From Macrostomum lignano (lineage: Eukaryota), in contig NIVC01002608.1 of NCBI GenBank assembly GCA_002269645.1, positions 62,001 through 126,000 on the forward strand: a stretch of 64,000 bases of DNA, read 5' to 3'. Below the pieces are notes generated by a model, which saw nothing but the letters and a program-made list of their open reading frames with translations, did not search any database and was not told where the DNA came from. How positions within the stretch are numbered: the first letter of the stretch is position 1; each line of letters starts with the position of its first letter. Shown piece after piece: positions 11,101 through 24,541 of this stretch. A program made the translations under genes and the position numbers.

Positions 11101-14100
11101 TGCCGAACAGCACTTTGGTGAAGTCGCCAATGCGCAAGCGGACGGGGTCCGGGCCGCCCTCCCATTCTAGGAAAACCGCCGCGCCCTGGGGGAAACGGAA
11201 CCGGATGACGCGCGATTCGCCTTTGTCAACTAGGAGAGGCTGCACCCGGTCCAGAGCCAATCGCCTGATCTCGCCGTCCACCTGCGAGAGAAGACAATTG
11301 GAATGCTAGATTAGAAAAAGCAGATTTGAAGATTTGTGGGGAATGGGGTTTATTGTGGTCAGGACAGGGATTTGGGATATTTAAGGGAGGAATTTGGGAT
11401 ATTCAATGTGGGGATTTGGGATATTTAGGGAGGGATTTGGGATATTCAAGGTGAGGATTTGGAATTTTTAAGGTGGGGATTTGGGATATTTAGGGAGGGA
11501 TTTGGGATATTCAAGGTGGTGATTTGGGATATTCAGGGTGGGATTTGAGACAATCAGGATGGGGAAAGGCGGACAAAAAAGCTGCCACCCAAGCTCACCA
11601 GAATGTCGCGCTGCGCTTCGGATCTGGAGTCCTTGATCGGCGCCAGCAGACGCGGATCGCAGCCAATCTGAGAGAAGTTTGGCGTCGCTTCCAACGCCGC
11701 CGTAACGCCAACCGGAGGAATCGTCGACGTTGATAAACTGCTTGAAAACGGAGTTGCTGTTGTTGGCAAAGGAGCTTGTTGCGAGGGCAGCGGCGGCGGC
11801 TGTGGCGCAGGCGCTGGCGGAACCGCAAGGGGTCATGCCGCTGAGCAATTGCTCAAGCGCCGAGTCCACCTGCTCGGGAATCTGCTCGGCTGGAACTACA
11901 AGCGATAATGAGATTTCTAATTCATATCTGATATTGGGATTTCAAAATCATATCGAATATTTGGGATTTCAAATTCATATCGAATATTTGGGATTTCAAA
12001 TTCATATCGAATAATTGGGATTTCAAACTCATATCGAATATTTGGGATTTCAAATTCATATCGAATAATTGGGATTTCAAATTCATATCGAATAATTGGG
12101 ATTTCAAATTCATATCGAATATTTGGAATTTCAAATTTATATCGAATATTTGGAATTTCAAATTTATATCGAATATTTGGGATTTCAAACTCATATCGAA
12201 TATTTGGAATTTCAAATTCATATCGAATAATTGGGATTTCAAATTCATATCGAATAATTGGGATTTCAAATTCATATCGAATAATTGGGATTTCAAACTC
12301 ATATCGAATATTTGGAATTTCAAATTTATATCGAATATTTGGGATTTCAAAATCATATCGAATATTTGGAATTTCAAATTCATATCGAATATTTGGAATT
12401 TCAATTTCATATCGAATAATTGGGATTTCAAATTTACATCGAATATTGGGATTTCAGTTTCATACTGTAAATTGAGAAGTTTTCCCCATCAGGGATTATT
12501 TTACACTACACGCACCTTCCAAGTTGTCGTCCCGCGAGCCGCCTTGCAGAGTGGCAGCCAAGCTCTCGGCCAGCCTGCGGCCGGAGCTGTCGGGCTCGGA
12601 CAGTCTGTGCAGCTCTCGTACGCAGCCAAGTAGTTGATGACGAGCCTCACTGCCCAGTGATTCGGGTTTGACCCGGCGTAGGAGGGCCTCGATGGCGGCC
12701 TGCTGCTGGTCGAGGCTGCCGCCGGCCGGATGAGGCAGAGGCTGCAACGACCGCGGCGGCTGCTGTGGAGCCTGAGTGTTTAAATTTAAAAAGGGTGCAT
12801 TGACAGTGACAATAAAGATCGCTAGTGAATCTTCAATCGGTGATCTACTGGGTTCTTGACGCAGTTCACAGGTCTTCTATAGAATCTAAACTGGTAGTTC
12901 GGGTCCTATACTGGGTCTGTATGCTGTAGTTCAGGTCCTATACTGAGTCTATATGCTGTAGTTCAGGTCCTATACTGAGTCTGTATGCTGTAGTTTAGGT
13001 CCTATACTGGGTCTGTATGCTGTAGTTCAGGTCCTATACTGAGTCTGTATGCTGTAGTTCAGGTCCTATACTGAGTCTGTATGCTGTAGTTCAGGTCCTA
13101 TACTGAGTCTGTATGCTGTAGTTCAGGTCCTATACTGAGTCTATATGCTGTAGTTCAGGTCCTATACTGAGTCTATATGCTGTAGTTCAGGCACAATACT
13201 GGGTCTCAACAAGCAGACACAGCAACTCACAGTGGGAAGCTGTCGCTCCCTCTGTCGGTACTGCCGCCAGCTGCTACGCATATCGACATCGTCGGGTCGA
13301 CCTCCGCCGCCTCCCAGTTGACCAGCGCCCAGTCTGCCAGCTCTATTTGTAGTTACAGACGCCGAGCCGCCGGAGAAGTCGGCCAGCACCGGCCAGCCGG
13401 GGTCGATAGCTCGGACAGCCAAGTCCAGCTCTCGCATCACCGAGTCGGGAAATACGCCAATCCAAGCTCGGCGAATTTCGAACATTTGCTGCCTGGCCTC
13501 GTCAGAGTCTGTGGCGACCAGGGCAGCCACGAATGCCGAGGCGATGCCAACGCTGAATAGCTTAGCGTATGGCGACTGCGGCAACTGTTTCACTATGGAG
13601 TCGATCAGGCACAGGTAGGCCAGTCGCTCCTGTGGCGTTTTTGCCTGTCATTTGAGTGTTGGTGGGTGAAATATTCAACTTAGGGTGGGGTTGGGGGTAG
13701 CCCAGTGGTCTAGTGCAGTCACATTAATTTGGAATCTGCTTTGCTTGGCTCTGCTCGTGCAATTAACGCCCTTAAAGGTCAACTCCCCAAGGCACAGTGA
13801 AGTGTACATGCCTAACGATAAATAAACGATAAATAACGTTGGGCCTCTGTACACTCCTGTGTGATCTGACCGACTGACCCGTGCAGGGAGCTGGTAAATG
13901 GGGCACTTGGAGCGTGTGAGCCCCAGAAGCTGGAAGCAGAAGCACTGAACAGTAGCTATGATGGTAGATCAAGCAATAAATAGGGCAATAAATGTAGTGA
14001 TAGATGGTAAGATAGAGCATAGAATGATAGAATAATAGATAAGAGCTAGAGGCTAGAGAATTTTCTAATACTATTTCTTATACCTATTGGCCATAGACAT

Positions 14101-16888
14101 CATTTTCTATCATGGCACTATATTGATACACCAATTTAAACATAAAAATATTATCAGGAAACAAACTGGAAGACTTTATAACATATCATCTACTTACAAA
14201 TAGTCATATAATTGCCTACATTCAAGAAAGTGTCACATATATATTGAGAATATATTTTAGCATATTTTTGGTGTCTACTATATAGTATACATGCAAAGCT
14301 AAGATACAAATTTGTATTTTAAGGGAACTAAGTCTTACTATTCATTGACATAAGTGTAGGCCTATGCATAGTGCAAAGCACTAGTGCACAATAGTACTAA
14401 AAAATCTAATAAAATTTGGATTAACTCAAAGTTTAAAATTACAGATCAATTTTTGTTGCTTTTTAAGGCCATTTAAAAATTTAAAACTCCATGCTTTATT
14501 TTTGCTCATATTAAAAATTATCAAAATATAGTGGCTAAAACTTTATGACATGGTAATGTTATTTTATAAAAAATTATCTAATTGACAGATCATTCAATTA
14601 TGCCTTAAAAAAATGCCTAAAAACATATTTCATATAGGGAATACTGTATATATAGATTATACATTTTAGATGACCTGTTGTGAGCTGACTAAGCTAAATC
14701 TTTTTGATTAGCTTTTGCTATCTACCACTATGCATTAGAAATTTCTGCTAGGCTTTTGTTGTGCACCTTATATGCCACTTTGTGCACATTTTTGTTTATA
14801 TATGCTGGAATTTTTTGCTATAATTTATGCCTTCTTGGGTGTTGGTAATTGCAAATCCTGACTTTTTTGAGATTTCAAATTTTAAAACCAAGATTAAGAT
14901 AGAATGTAAATAGGGGTCACTGGTCAGATTGTCATATTCCATTTTGTCATATTGGATGATGAAGTGACCTGAAGCAAAGGATCCAAGTAAACTTGTCAAC
15001 CTTTCCTAATTAGTACTTGAATTGCTGGTTGTTGACATGGAAGATTCTTGGTTTAATTGTTTTTTAATTTTATTGTATCTCATATTTTATCATGTTTGTA
15101 CATGGTAGACTACTGGGTGGTATGAGCTATTGTCTCTTTTTTCCAGTCAATCCATCAAAAATACATTCTAGTGATAGAGATTTGCTAATCTGGCAATAGT
15201 AAAAGGCAGGTCCTATGCCTAAAAACCAGTTTACAATGACATGGCTGTTTTTGGTTTTATAAATCTATTTTATCTGTCTATCCATTGAAACAGCTGCACA
15301 TAGTCTATATACTATACAGTGCTGTCAAATTTACTACCTGTTGATGAATTTATTAGTTGATAAATTTAAAAAATGACAAAGTGACCAAATATTAAATTAG
15401 GCCCCCTATATTAGATATTTTGTCATCATCAACCAATTAATCTGTGTGAGATTTGAGTTAGTATAAACTATTTTTGTCTTCATTAAATATAAGCTATGGC
15501 AAGCAGAACCAATTGATTGACAGGTTTTATCAATTGAGAATCTGAGATGACAAAATGATTGGGATCATGGCAATCCTTCAGTTTCCTGCTCTAAATTATT
15601 TAAACCCCTTTTTGAACTTTTTAGAGTCCAACAACAAGCTCACAGAGTTCTCGCAAGAGTTCACAGAGTTCTATATAGGCCTAGGGTAGTAGTGTGTTAT
15701 CCAATAGAGGATATTGCCGAAGTGCTGATGGGGGAAAGCTTGGTGAATGGTTGACTGTTAGATGGGTGGCCAACGTGTTATAGGTGGCCTATTGGTCCAG
15801 GTTTAAATAACTTAGAGTAGGAAACCAAAGGCAAATGATTGTCAGGATCATCACTATGACATTAGGATTCCAAGTAAATATGTTTAATTGCCATATTAAT
15901 TAACTTGGAAGTATAAACTAATATGATTGGTAGATGACAAAATGACTCTCTTGAGATAGTGCATGCTAATTAATATGACGAAGTGGCCCTAGTCGAGGTG
16001 AGCACCCCAGACACCCCAGATGACAAAATGGCAGATGACAAAGTGACTATTGACTAAGAACCTAAAAGTCCTAAATGAGCTACTAGATACTAATTAGTGG
16101 AGGTTGGACAGGATCCCGATCACAAAATCTCGGGATCCCGAGGAAAATTGAATTCCTGCGGGACCAGAATCCTAACCCTAAAAAACTCGAGATTCGGGAA
16201 CAGGTCTTTCGATTAATAATTTATAGAATTAGTGATTACTTGAAGGTATTTTGCTTTAACTTGTACTCGTTACATTATTTACTTTGTTGGTTACAAAACT
16301 TCATATCAATTTCGTTGTGTTTTACTTCTTGATCTTGACAATCTTTCCTCAATTTTGTTTAACTTTACATGGACAATACACTAAAAGACCTGATCCCGAT
16401 TCCCGAATCCCAATCCCGATCCCGAGAAAAAAATTATTCCCGATCCTGATCCCCCGCCCGAAGATTTCAATCCCATCCGACCTCTACTAATTAGGCTTAA
16501 TTTCGAATCTCAATCGAATCTTGCTTATCTCGAAAGTATAGATAAAGAGTCTCGAAAATCGCGAAAATGTGATATCGTCCTACCCTTAGGCTTAAGTTTG
16601 AGTTTTTGACATAAGCCCCAGGCCCAGGCCAGGGCCTTGTCGAATTATGTCTGATCATGAATGCTACAAGACATTAACCTTATGAATGTCATAGTGCCTA
16701 GTACATACCTGTTTCAATCTTCTCTCAATAAGCTCACACATTCGTTGAGAAATAAGGGAGCATTCTTCGTGAGTAAGGTAACCTTTAATTACAGCGGTCA
16801 AATTATCTATAGTTCTCTTTTCTGGTCTGTCAAACTGCTCTATTAATGTGGTTTCATAGGAATCTATAATATCATTAACGTCTTCCAT
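8141..16888 (-). CDS. PCF11: Pre-mRNA cleavage/termination factor Pcf11, 7 exons
   Basis: Exons (minus): 16888-16709, 13644-13231, 12771-12516, 11895 (or 11813)-11599, 11281-10970, 9750-9251, 8960-8141; all GT-AG. N-terminal CID (MEDVNDIIDSYETTL...ERLAYLCLIDSIVKQ), internal beta-rich region (DGEIRRL...GGPGHELIIHGKPF), C2H2 finger (CPQC...HMDEH) and C-terminal CGVCYEQF..W....EDW...C.....YHPVC finger. Exon 4 has a phase problem (see findings). Confidence 0.9.
9005..9215. repeat. Intronic minisatellite (PCF11 intron 6), ~29 bp unit GAGAAACTGAAGGACCGGAAGTGGTTAAT
   Basis: About 7 degenerate copies; same family as 9880-10790. Confidence 0.85.
9880..10790. repeat. Intronic minisatellite (PCF11 intron 5), ~29 bp unit GAGAAACTGAAGGACCGGAAGTAGCTAAT, ~31 copies
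   Basis: Read directly. Confidence 0.95.
11345..11550. repeat. Intronic minisatellite (PCF11 intron 4), ~21-22 bp unit GGGATTTGGGATATTTAAGG-like
   Basis: About 9 degenerate copies. Confidence 0.85.
11925..12455. repeat. Intronic minisatellite (PCF11 intron 3), 27 bp unit ATATCGAATATTTGGGATTTCAAATTC, ~20 copies
   Basis: Read directly; explains the spurious 9-aa-periodic ORF 11922-12431. Confidence 0.95.
12893..13195. repeat. Intronic minisatellite (PCF11 intron 2), 32 bp unit GTAGTTCAGGTCCTATACTGAGTCTGTATGCT, ~9 copies
   Basis: Read directly. Confidence 0.95.
16098..16486. mobile_element. hAT-type MITE in PCF11 intron 1
   Basis: 8-bp direct repeat CTAATTAG on both sides (16090-16097 and 16487-16494). 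Imperfect TIRs TGGAGGTTGGACAGGAT versus reverse-complement TAGAGGTCGGATGGGAT. Multiple subterminal ATCCCGA/TCGGGAT motifs. An 8-bp TSD is typical of hAT elements; the TSD is palindromic, so the exact TIR/TSD boundary is slightly ambiguous. Confidence 0.75.
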
Positions 16889-19800
16889 TCGTTATAATAA
16901 TAACTAACTAACTGCTACTACTGCAGGTTACAATCACAAAAAAAGTAAAAACAACAAGGTGGAGATAAAATCTCGGTGACGACGTGACGTGGGGGCGTTG
17001 ATTCTTCAAAAATTTCTAAGAAACTTCGCTTTTAAAAATGTTACAAACATTCGCGTGAAACAAACCGTAGTTTTATAAACACCTGATTTGATTTTTGCTA
17101 TTGTACCCATATGAGTATGTCGAGTAGCTCATTGGTGATGAAACTGCGTAAAATTTCTTTATGTGCCCGTCTGTGTTGCTTATGTTGCTTACGCGCCGCT
17201 AAGAATTGAGTTCAAACGCGTTTTTCTGAACTGGGAGCTTATTATATTAACTACCCTGGACCAAAAGTTGTTTGGTGTATCATACGATCAGAAGCCTGAG
17301 CTCGTAGTTTTGATCAATAAATACATGTATGAGTGCGCATTGGGCTTTCAAGCCTCATTTATTTCGAACAATTTTACTACATTAAATGTATAAATATGCA
17401 TTAGGCCAGTGCATGAGCCACCTCGATTTCGAAAGAAAAAAACCTGTATGCACACATGTAACTAAAGTTGATATAGTGTAATACGTGTGTAGACTAACCA
17501 ACGCCCTTTTACTGCGCTCTAGCTGTTCGACTCGATATTTCCTAGGGGACATTTTGTTTCTCTAACTTAGCCGATCAGATCGTCTCTGTGCCATTCTTTA
17601 TAGCCGATCTTCCCAATCTGCTCGGTTCTTTCAGGATCTTCTAAGAAGGGAGGTACATTTGTTTTGTTATTCATTGGGCCAAAGTGTTCTAGCTTTCTTA
17701 TTTTTTATTTTATGGCAAAATGGGACAATAATTAAATTTAATAAAATATGCGATTCGAAGCTATTAAGATATAAAAGCTAAGATCTTGTACGATGTAGGC
17801 TGTAGCAAGTCGCCCAGATCTGGTAAGTTTACCTACCGTATTATCATAGAGAAGATCTTGCACGTTCTTGCAAGTACTAGGTAAACTTGCGCAGCAACCC
17901 AAGACGATAGATAGATCTGTTAAGAATCAACACGTCAATGTCTTCTATAGTTGCACCGCGTTTAAGGCCTCGGCCTCGACAACAAAAACATGAAATGACA
18001 CGCGTACGAGTATGTCAGTAACGTCTGGTATTCGAATTCTGATCAGCTTATAAAAATATGAAAATGTCACGCCGAAAATCACTTCCTTAAATAGTCCTCA
18101 GTCGCCGCTTCAAGGTCGTTTTCATGACTCCCTCTTTCTGATTGGCTGCCGGGACAATGACGTCAGAATGAGTCATGATGAGAAGCATGAGAACGGCATA
18201 GCAACATGAGAAATGGGAGAATTGCGCAATCCGGAGGAGGGGTGGGTGGAAAATGAGCACAGCGGGGGGTCGAAGAAGTTTTGCGCAATCAAACATTGAG
18301 AGCAATGGGATCCAGACCGAGAACAAAGGAAATGATAATCGGGGATAATTTGGGAGAACCGAGAACAATAGAAAAGCAAACATTGAGGAAAAGGTGCTAA
18401 TTGGGTGCGAAAACGAGAACAAAAGAAAGAGAAAATCGGAGAAAATGTGATAATTGGGTGCGAAGAGGAGAACAAAAGAATAAAAAACGAGAACAATAGG
18501 AGCGGGTGAGGGGTGGGTGTGGCATGAGATACCTTGAGAAGAAAACAATAGCATGAGAAAAGGTTGCGCAAGAGGGGGTGATGAGTCATCGGGGTGAGGG
18601 AGGGGTCAGAAGCCTTGCGTCACGGTTTGGGATTCTAAAAGGAGATGAGGCGATGGTGAGCACAAACAATACTGTAAGTAAGCACGGGATGAGGAGGGGA
18701 CAGCGCAAGAAAAACGAGCTGAAACATGATGAGAAAAGATGCGAAACGTGAGAAGTACATGATAAATGGGGTGGGGCGCCTGAGAAGTGGGGAGGCAGGC
18801 GAGGTGCACAAAAAGGGGGGCTCCGGAAAGGCAAGTGTGGCTGTGTGGGAGACGGAACCGAGACAGCAGCTAGGGGATGTAGCAGAGCGGGAGTCAGTTG
18901 TCCTGATCAGGGACCCGGCCCAGTCTCGACAGCTCGACCCAGGGTGCACGGAGATCGGAGGTACTTTTTAAAAAATTTCCCCCACAATCCCGCGACCCTA
19001 GCGTGGTTACATGAATTGCACGTTTCAGTTTTAATGAGCAACTTCTGATGAACAGTCTACTAACAGACTACTGTGTTGTGTTTGTGCTCAATGTGCGCGT
19101 TTTCCATTGCTTGGTGGCTAAAATGTCTTGACTATCATTTTTTCTTCTCAATGTATTCCAGAATGTCGTGTAGACTGTTTGCGAACATTATTCCCTTATG
19201 TCAGTTAATATATATGCATAGTTAGCTATAACTAACTATGGTTCAAAACGCCTGCTAAAGCTGAAATAATGGCCAGTTGAGTTTGTCAATACGCCAGGCT
19301 GTGTCTTATGGACAATGATCACATATGATATGAGGCTTCGGTAATGAAGCTTCACCGTCCTACTCAACAGTAATAAGTCAAGGACCACTAGCATATGTAT
19401 AACTATGCAATATAAGTTCAGTGTAACTTAATTAAACATCAAGTCAACGCTGACCTGCTGCACATGCACCGACGAGCGAGTTGTCCAAGCGCGCTACTAA
19501 CTAACGCTACGCATTATTCTGTTGTCATACATGTATAATAAGATATTATTGAAGCAACAAATTTGTACATTATCATGTGTAAATCGGTCGTCCTTTTACA
19601 TCTGCAGGGTAATAACAAAGTGCAAATAAATTTATGCTCGTCTTTGTCAGTAGATTTCAACGCACTTGGCGCTCATGATAGCAGCGTCATTTTAGCAGCT
19701 TTTCTCGTACATAATTCTATATAGTGCATTTTTATCTTATAGAACCGTTCATAAAAATTCCTGGGGCGGCTCTGTCACATCTGCCATTTTCTTTTCGACT

Positions 19801-21809
19801 ACTAAAGTTTCAGTGCATCGGGAAAACAAATTGTCTACATGTTGTCTCCATGGTAACTGGAAGCTTTAAACAAAGTTGCTTGTTTTTACGAGCATGACAG
19901 GAAAGCTAGACTCCCCATAAGTGAAATGATTGAAAAAAACAGAATTTTCAGACTCAGAGACTTCAAAGCAATTAACCAGCTCCAGCTGTGTGTGGGCAGA
20001 TCAGCTTTGTTGAAGAAAAAAGTCCATATATAAGCCTCACCAAAAGAACCCAGAGCCATTGTCTATTGTTTTTTCCCATCTCCAAGGTTCTTGCTTGAAA
20101 AGCAACGAATGAAGAATCGCGCTGGCACGTTTTTTCGTCTCCGGGCGCTTTTGTCTTTCCTCTGTTTTTACTGATTTATGGAGCAGGTCTCGACTGGCTG
20201 ACAGGAAACTTGCCGTGAAGGCAGGATGGAGAGAGGGATGCTTCATCGGTAGACTTCATGATTAAGCCGCCTGGAACAATGGGACGGCTTGCAACCGTGG
20301 CCGAGAGCTCCGAAAAGCATTTGCTCAACTCTCTTTGTGCAGCGCTTCAAGTACGCAGTCTGCAGGGCAAGCTGCTGCATGGGGACAATAAATCTGAGTT
20401 GGCCAGAGCAAAAAAATCACTGCGGAACTGGCCTCTCACTCCCCTGCCAGGGATCGGAGTCGGCAGGGCCATGATTTCCTTCTCGACTTGATTCGGTTGC
20501 TAGGGGCAACGAGAAATCAGAGAGCTTAAACAGAGGAAAAACAGGACAGAATTAACAGTGCCCGCAGCGAGGGCAAAATCATAAATAAGCTGCTCAACAC
20601 TGGATAACACACCGGATCTTTGCACGCAGCCAGTATAAGTTCACTTTTCTGTACCAGCATGTAGTTTACCGACGTACTTGACGCCTGTAGACGGCTCTGT
20701 GTAGGTCTACGGATGTGGCAAAACGTTAACTCAGTGTACCAACATTCTCCATTGACAAAGCCTCTATCCATGTTTTGCGATTTCAAACCAGTAACCAGTC
20801 AAGACTGCTGTTCTTTATTTGGCGCTTGTAAACAAAAGTTGCAAAAAAATGGACATTGTGGTTGGTTTTGCTTGTGAAATTGTGCATAAAACACCGTAAT
20901 AAAATATTCGACCGTCAAAGATTCGAAAGTAATTTTCAAAGGCAGAAAGTAGAATAGAAAGTTTTTTTAATGAACAGACGTCAAAGTCACTCAGAAAAAT
21001 CTAAAAACGATCATTGCACATTTTTTTACTTGTATCTAAAGCATTCACATTTTCAAGTACATGTACGAGGGTATTTTGTACCGTATAACACTGCATTGTC
21101 AAATGGTCAGGCCAAAAAAGTGAAAGAAATATTGTACCCAATATGAATAGGCTGCAGAAAGTTCAGCCGACGTGCGTAGCGTAGCTATATTTGCAGTTAG
21201 CATGACGTTAATTGTCTCTGGGGCAACTGAATTTGCACTTAATCTGAATGAATTTTACCTTTTGACCATAGACATTCTTAGCGGGCGGTCTGACGCGCGT
21301 TTCAACCTCGTTTTGAGTAGGCTAGAGCCTAGCAGCCAGCAGTTTAATCCTTGGTGGGAGAATCAAGCTACTGAGGACTTGCTTTTCATAGTCTATGGCC
21401 CAAAATAGGGTCTGCTGAACAACCAATGGGAGAATGCGGGTTTAGCTTCTACGGTTAAATAATACCATAGAGATACGAGTATTACCAGTCAAGCAAACCT
21501 AAAAACTCGCAGACAAGACCTAAGTAGCCTACAAACAATATCCTAATTTTGATCAGAGAACATTCAGGGATATATTGGTCATAGATTTTTTCAGATGAAC
21601 AAATCAAATGAGCTCAGTTATCTACGAGTTCAGTTAGTCTATGTCCCTCGTGCGGTGTCAGCAGGGAAAGCTGACATCAAACAACATACTCGCATACGAT
21701 TCCTTTAAGTTTAAAGCTCGCAGAGTGAGTTGCAACCAATCGTACGCATAGCAACTTTCGAGCTCTTCCATTATGGTGAGTCGGTAGTAGCTCTCGAGAA
21801 AGCAATGTC

Positions 21810-24506
21810 TCAAGCGGAACTGTCGCCAATCACCTGCCTAGCTGACATCTGCCTGGCTGAAAGTTGTCCAGCTGTCACTCGCTTGGCCGACTTTCCCATT
21901 GTTGATGTGCGACTCCTTCCGGTTCGCCTGGTGGCAGCCGACCTACCATTTGTACCGTTGTAGTCCGGCAGGTTCGCCTCATCCGAGCTGCACGCATCGC
22001 TGGAATCGTCCGAGTGGCAGCAGCTGGACTCGTCTTCGTCTTCCTCTTCATCTTCGCTGCTTTTCGTCTTGATGCCCATCTTGTTACCAATCCAGCGCAG
22101 CTTGGCCGTGATCTCGTCCTGGATGAGGTTCATGCACATGGACAGCATTGCCAGGCCGAATAGGCAGTAGATTGCTCCCACTAGCAGCTCCATAATCACG
22201 CTCACCTGCAGGGTGGATTGGCGATGAGCAGTACAGGGTGACTGAGTGACTGAATGAATGAGGGGTCGCGAACGGAATAGAACCAGTTTGGGTCGTGGCG
22301 TGAGAGTCGGTACGCGCTTTCCACTGAGCTGCTCTGCTTCCTCCACATTGTGGCAAATGTGGTCCAAGACAGCTCCGGTACAATCGATTTTAATACAGAT
22401 TTCAAAACAGCTCTCACATCGTCAAAGGGTCCATTGCGGCCGGGAACGTAATCTCCAAACCCAATGGTGCTCAGGGTTATAAATGAGAAGTAAGTGCCCT
22501 CGACCAGCGTCCAGTCCTTCTCCCAGGCTGTGAACACCGCGGCGCCGACAAGAATGTACAAAATCAGCAGCATGATGGTCACCGTGATGGGAATGTTCAC
22601 AACTTCGTCATCGAAGTCGTCATCATTGTCGTCCTCTTCAACGACTAGCACGGTTCCGACCTGGTTGGCGGATTCGGGTCGGGGGATGTAAATCGAAGCA
22701 CGCACTTCTTCTTCATCAGAAGAGACAGCTCTAAAAAGTCTGTTTACAAATTTCAGTCGTGAAAAAGGGGCCGCTTACCTTGGGCGGTGGCTGCTTGGCC
22801 TGTCCGTCACCGCCATCCTCAACGTTGCGCCATTCCGTCTGCTGCTGCTCACCGGCTGACTGAGCCGGATGCCTTCGTTTAACAAAGCATTTGCAACAGC
22901 AGATGTTCAGGTAGAAGCTGCGAAACAGCATAGCGGTTGGTTCGCCAATCTTTGTTAGAAAGAGCAGCATGAGTGGAATGCCTAAGATGGCGTAGATCAT
23001 GCAGATTATTTGGCCCCACTGGGTGGTCGGCGAGATGTGGCCGTAGCCTGCAAATTATTCATTTTTTGCCAAATTATTGCTCTCGCTGTCAAATGTACTT
23101 TACAATATTGCTTTAAGTGCAGCTGCCAACATGTAGAAAACTACTTCCGACCTGTTTATTAAGCGCTTTTATTTGAGTCCTACCTGACACTTATTTGAGC
23201 ACATTATTTGAGCATCACCTGAAACTTATTTGAGTGTTACCTGAAACTTATTTGAGCACTACCTGAAACTTATTTGAGCACTACCTGAAACTTATTTGAG
23301 CACTACCTGACACTTATTTGAGCACTTCCTGACACTTATTTGAGTGCTACCTGACACTTATTTGAGCACTTCCTGACACTTATTCGAGTGCTACCTGACA
23401 CTTATTTAAGTGCTACCTGACACTTATTTGAGTGCTACCTGACACTTTTTTGAGCACTACCTGACACTTATTTGAGCACTATCTGACACTTATTTGAGTG
23501 CTACCTGACACTTATTTGAGTGCTACCTGACACTTATTTGAGCACTACCTGACACTTATTTGAGCACTATCTGACACTTATTTGAGTGCTACCTGAAACT
23601 TAATTGAGTGTTACCTGAAACTTATTTGAGCACTATCTGACACTTATTTGAGCACTATCTGACACTTATTTGAGCACTATCTGACACTTATTTGAGCACT
23701 ATCTGACACTTATTTGAGTGCTACCTGACACTTATTTGAGCACTATCTGACACTTATTTGAGTGCTACCTGAAACTTATTTGAGCACTATCTGACACTTA
23801 TTTGAGTGCTACCTGAAACTTAATTGAGTGTTACCTGAAACTTATTTGAGCACTACCTGAAACTTATTTGAGCACTACCTGACACTTATTTGAGCACTAC
23901 CTGACACTTATTTGAGCACTTCCTGACACTTATTTGAGCACTACCTGAAACTTATTTGAGCACTACCTGAAACTTATTTGAGCACTACCTGACACTTATT
24001 TGAGCACTACCTGACACTTATTTAAGCACTACCTGACGCTTTTTGAGTACTGTCTGACACTCAGAGGCGCCCGACCCTGACTCTTACCTATTGTGGTCAC
24101 AATAGTCGTGCAGAAATAAATAGCATTGGCCAGCACCCAATTAGCAGGGTTATCGACCGTCCCAATGGTGCTGCAATTCTTTGTCGGATCAACGCTCAGT
24201 GTGTAAATATCCTTGGCGAACACCTCCAGCTGACTGAGAATGGCGCTCTTCGACAGCGACGAATTGGCGCCCTGAGCGATGTTGTAAACTCGATCAGTGG
24301 CTTCGTTTCGTTTGGCCTCGTACTTGGAGTAGGCAATAGAACAGGCCGACTTCTCATTAGTCTCCTCCAGGTAGTTGAACAAGAAGCCGCCCATAATTAG
24401 GTAGATAATGACCAGGGTCAGCGTGCCCAAGTGTGACAGCATGATGGCTGCGAATCTCTGGCAGCAGCGCTTCCATCGCTCGCGACTCGCCGCATCCGCA
24501 GCTTCG

Positions 24507-24541
<35 letters not shown>

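Noticed and set aside
13693-13720. tRNA 5'-half-like sequence GGGGGTAGCCCAGTGGTCTAG
   Set aside because: No anticodon arm, B box or acceptor-stem partner downstream.
18087-19050. Phe/Ser/Leu-rich minus-strand ORFs in a purine-rich stretch
   Set aside because: Low-complexity GA-rich DNA with no recognisable domain or splice structure.
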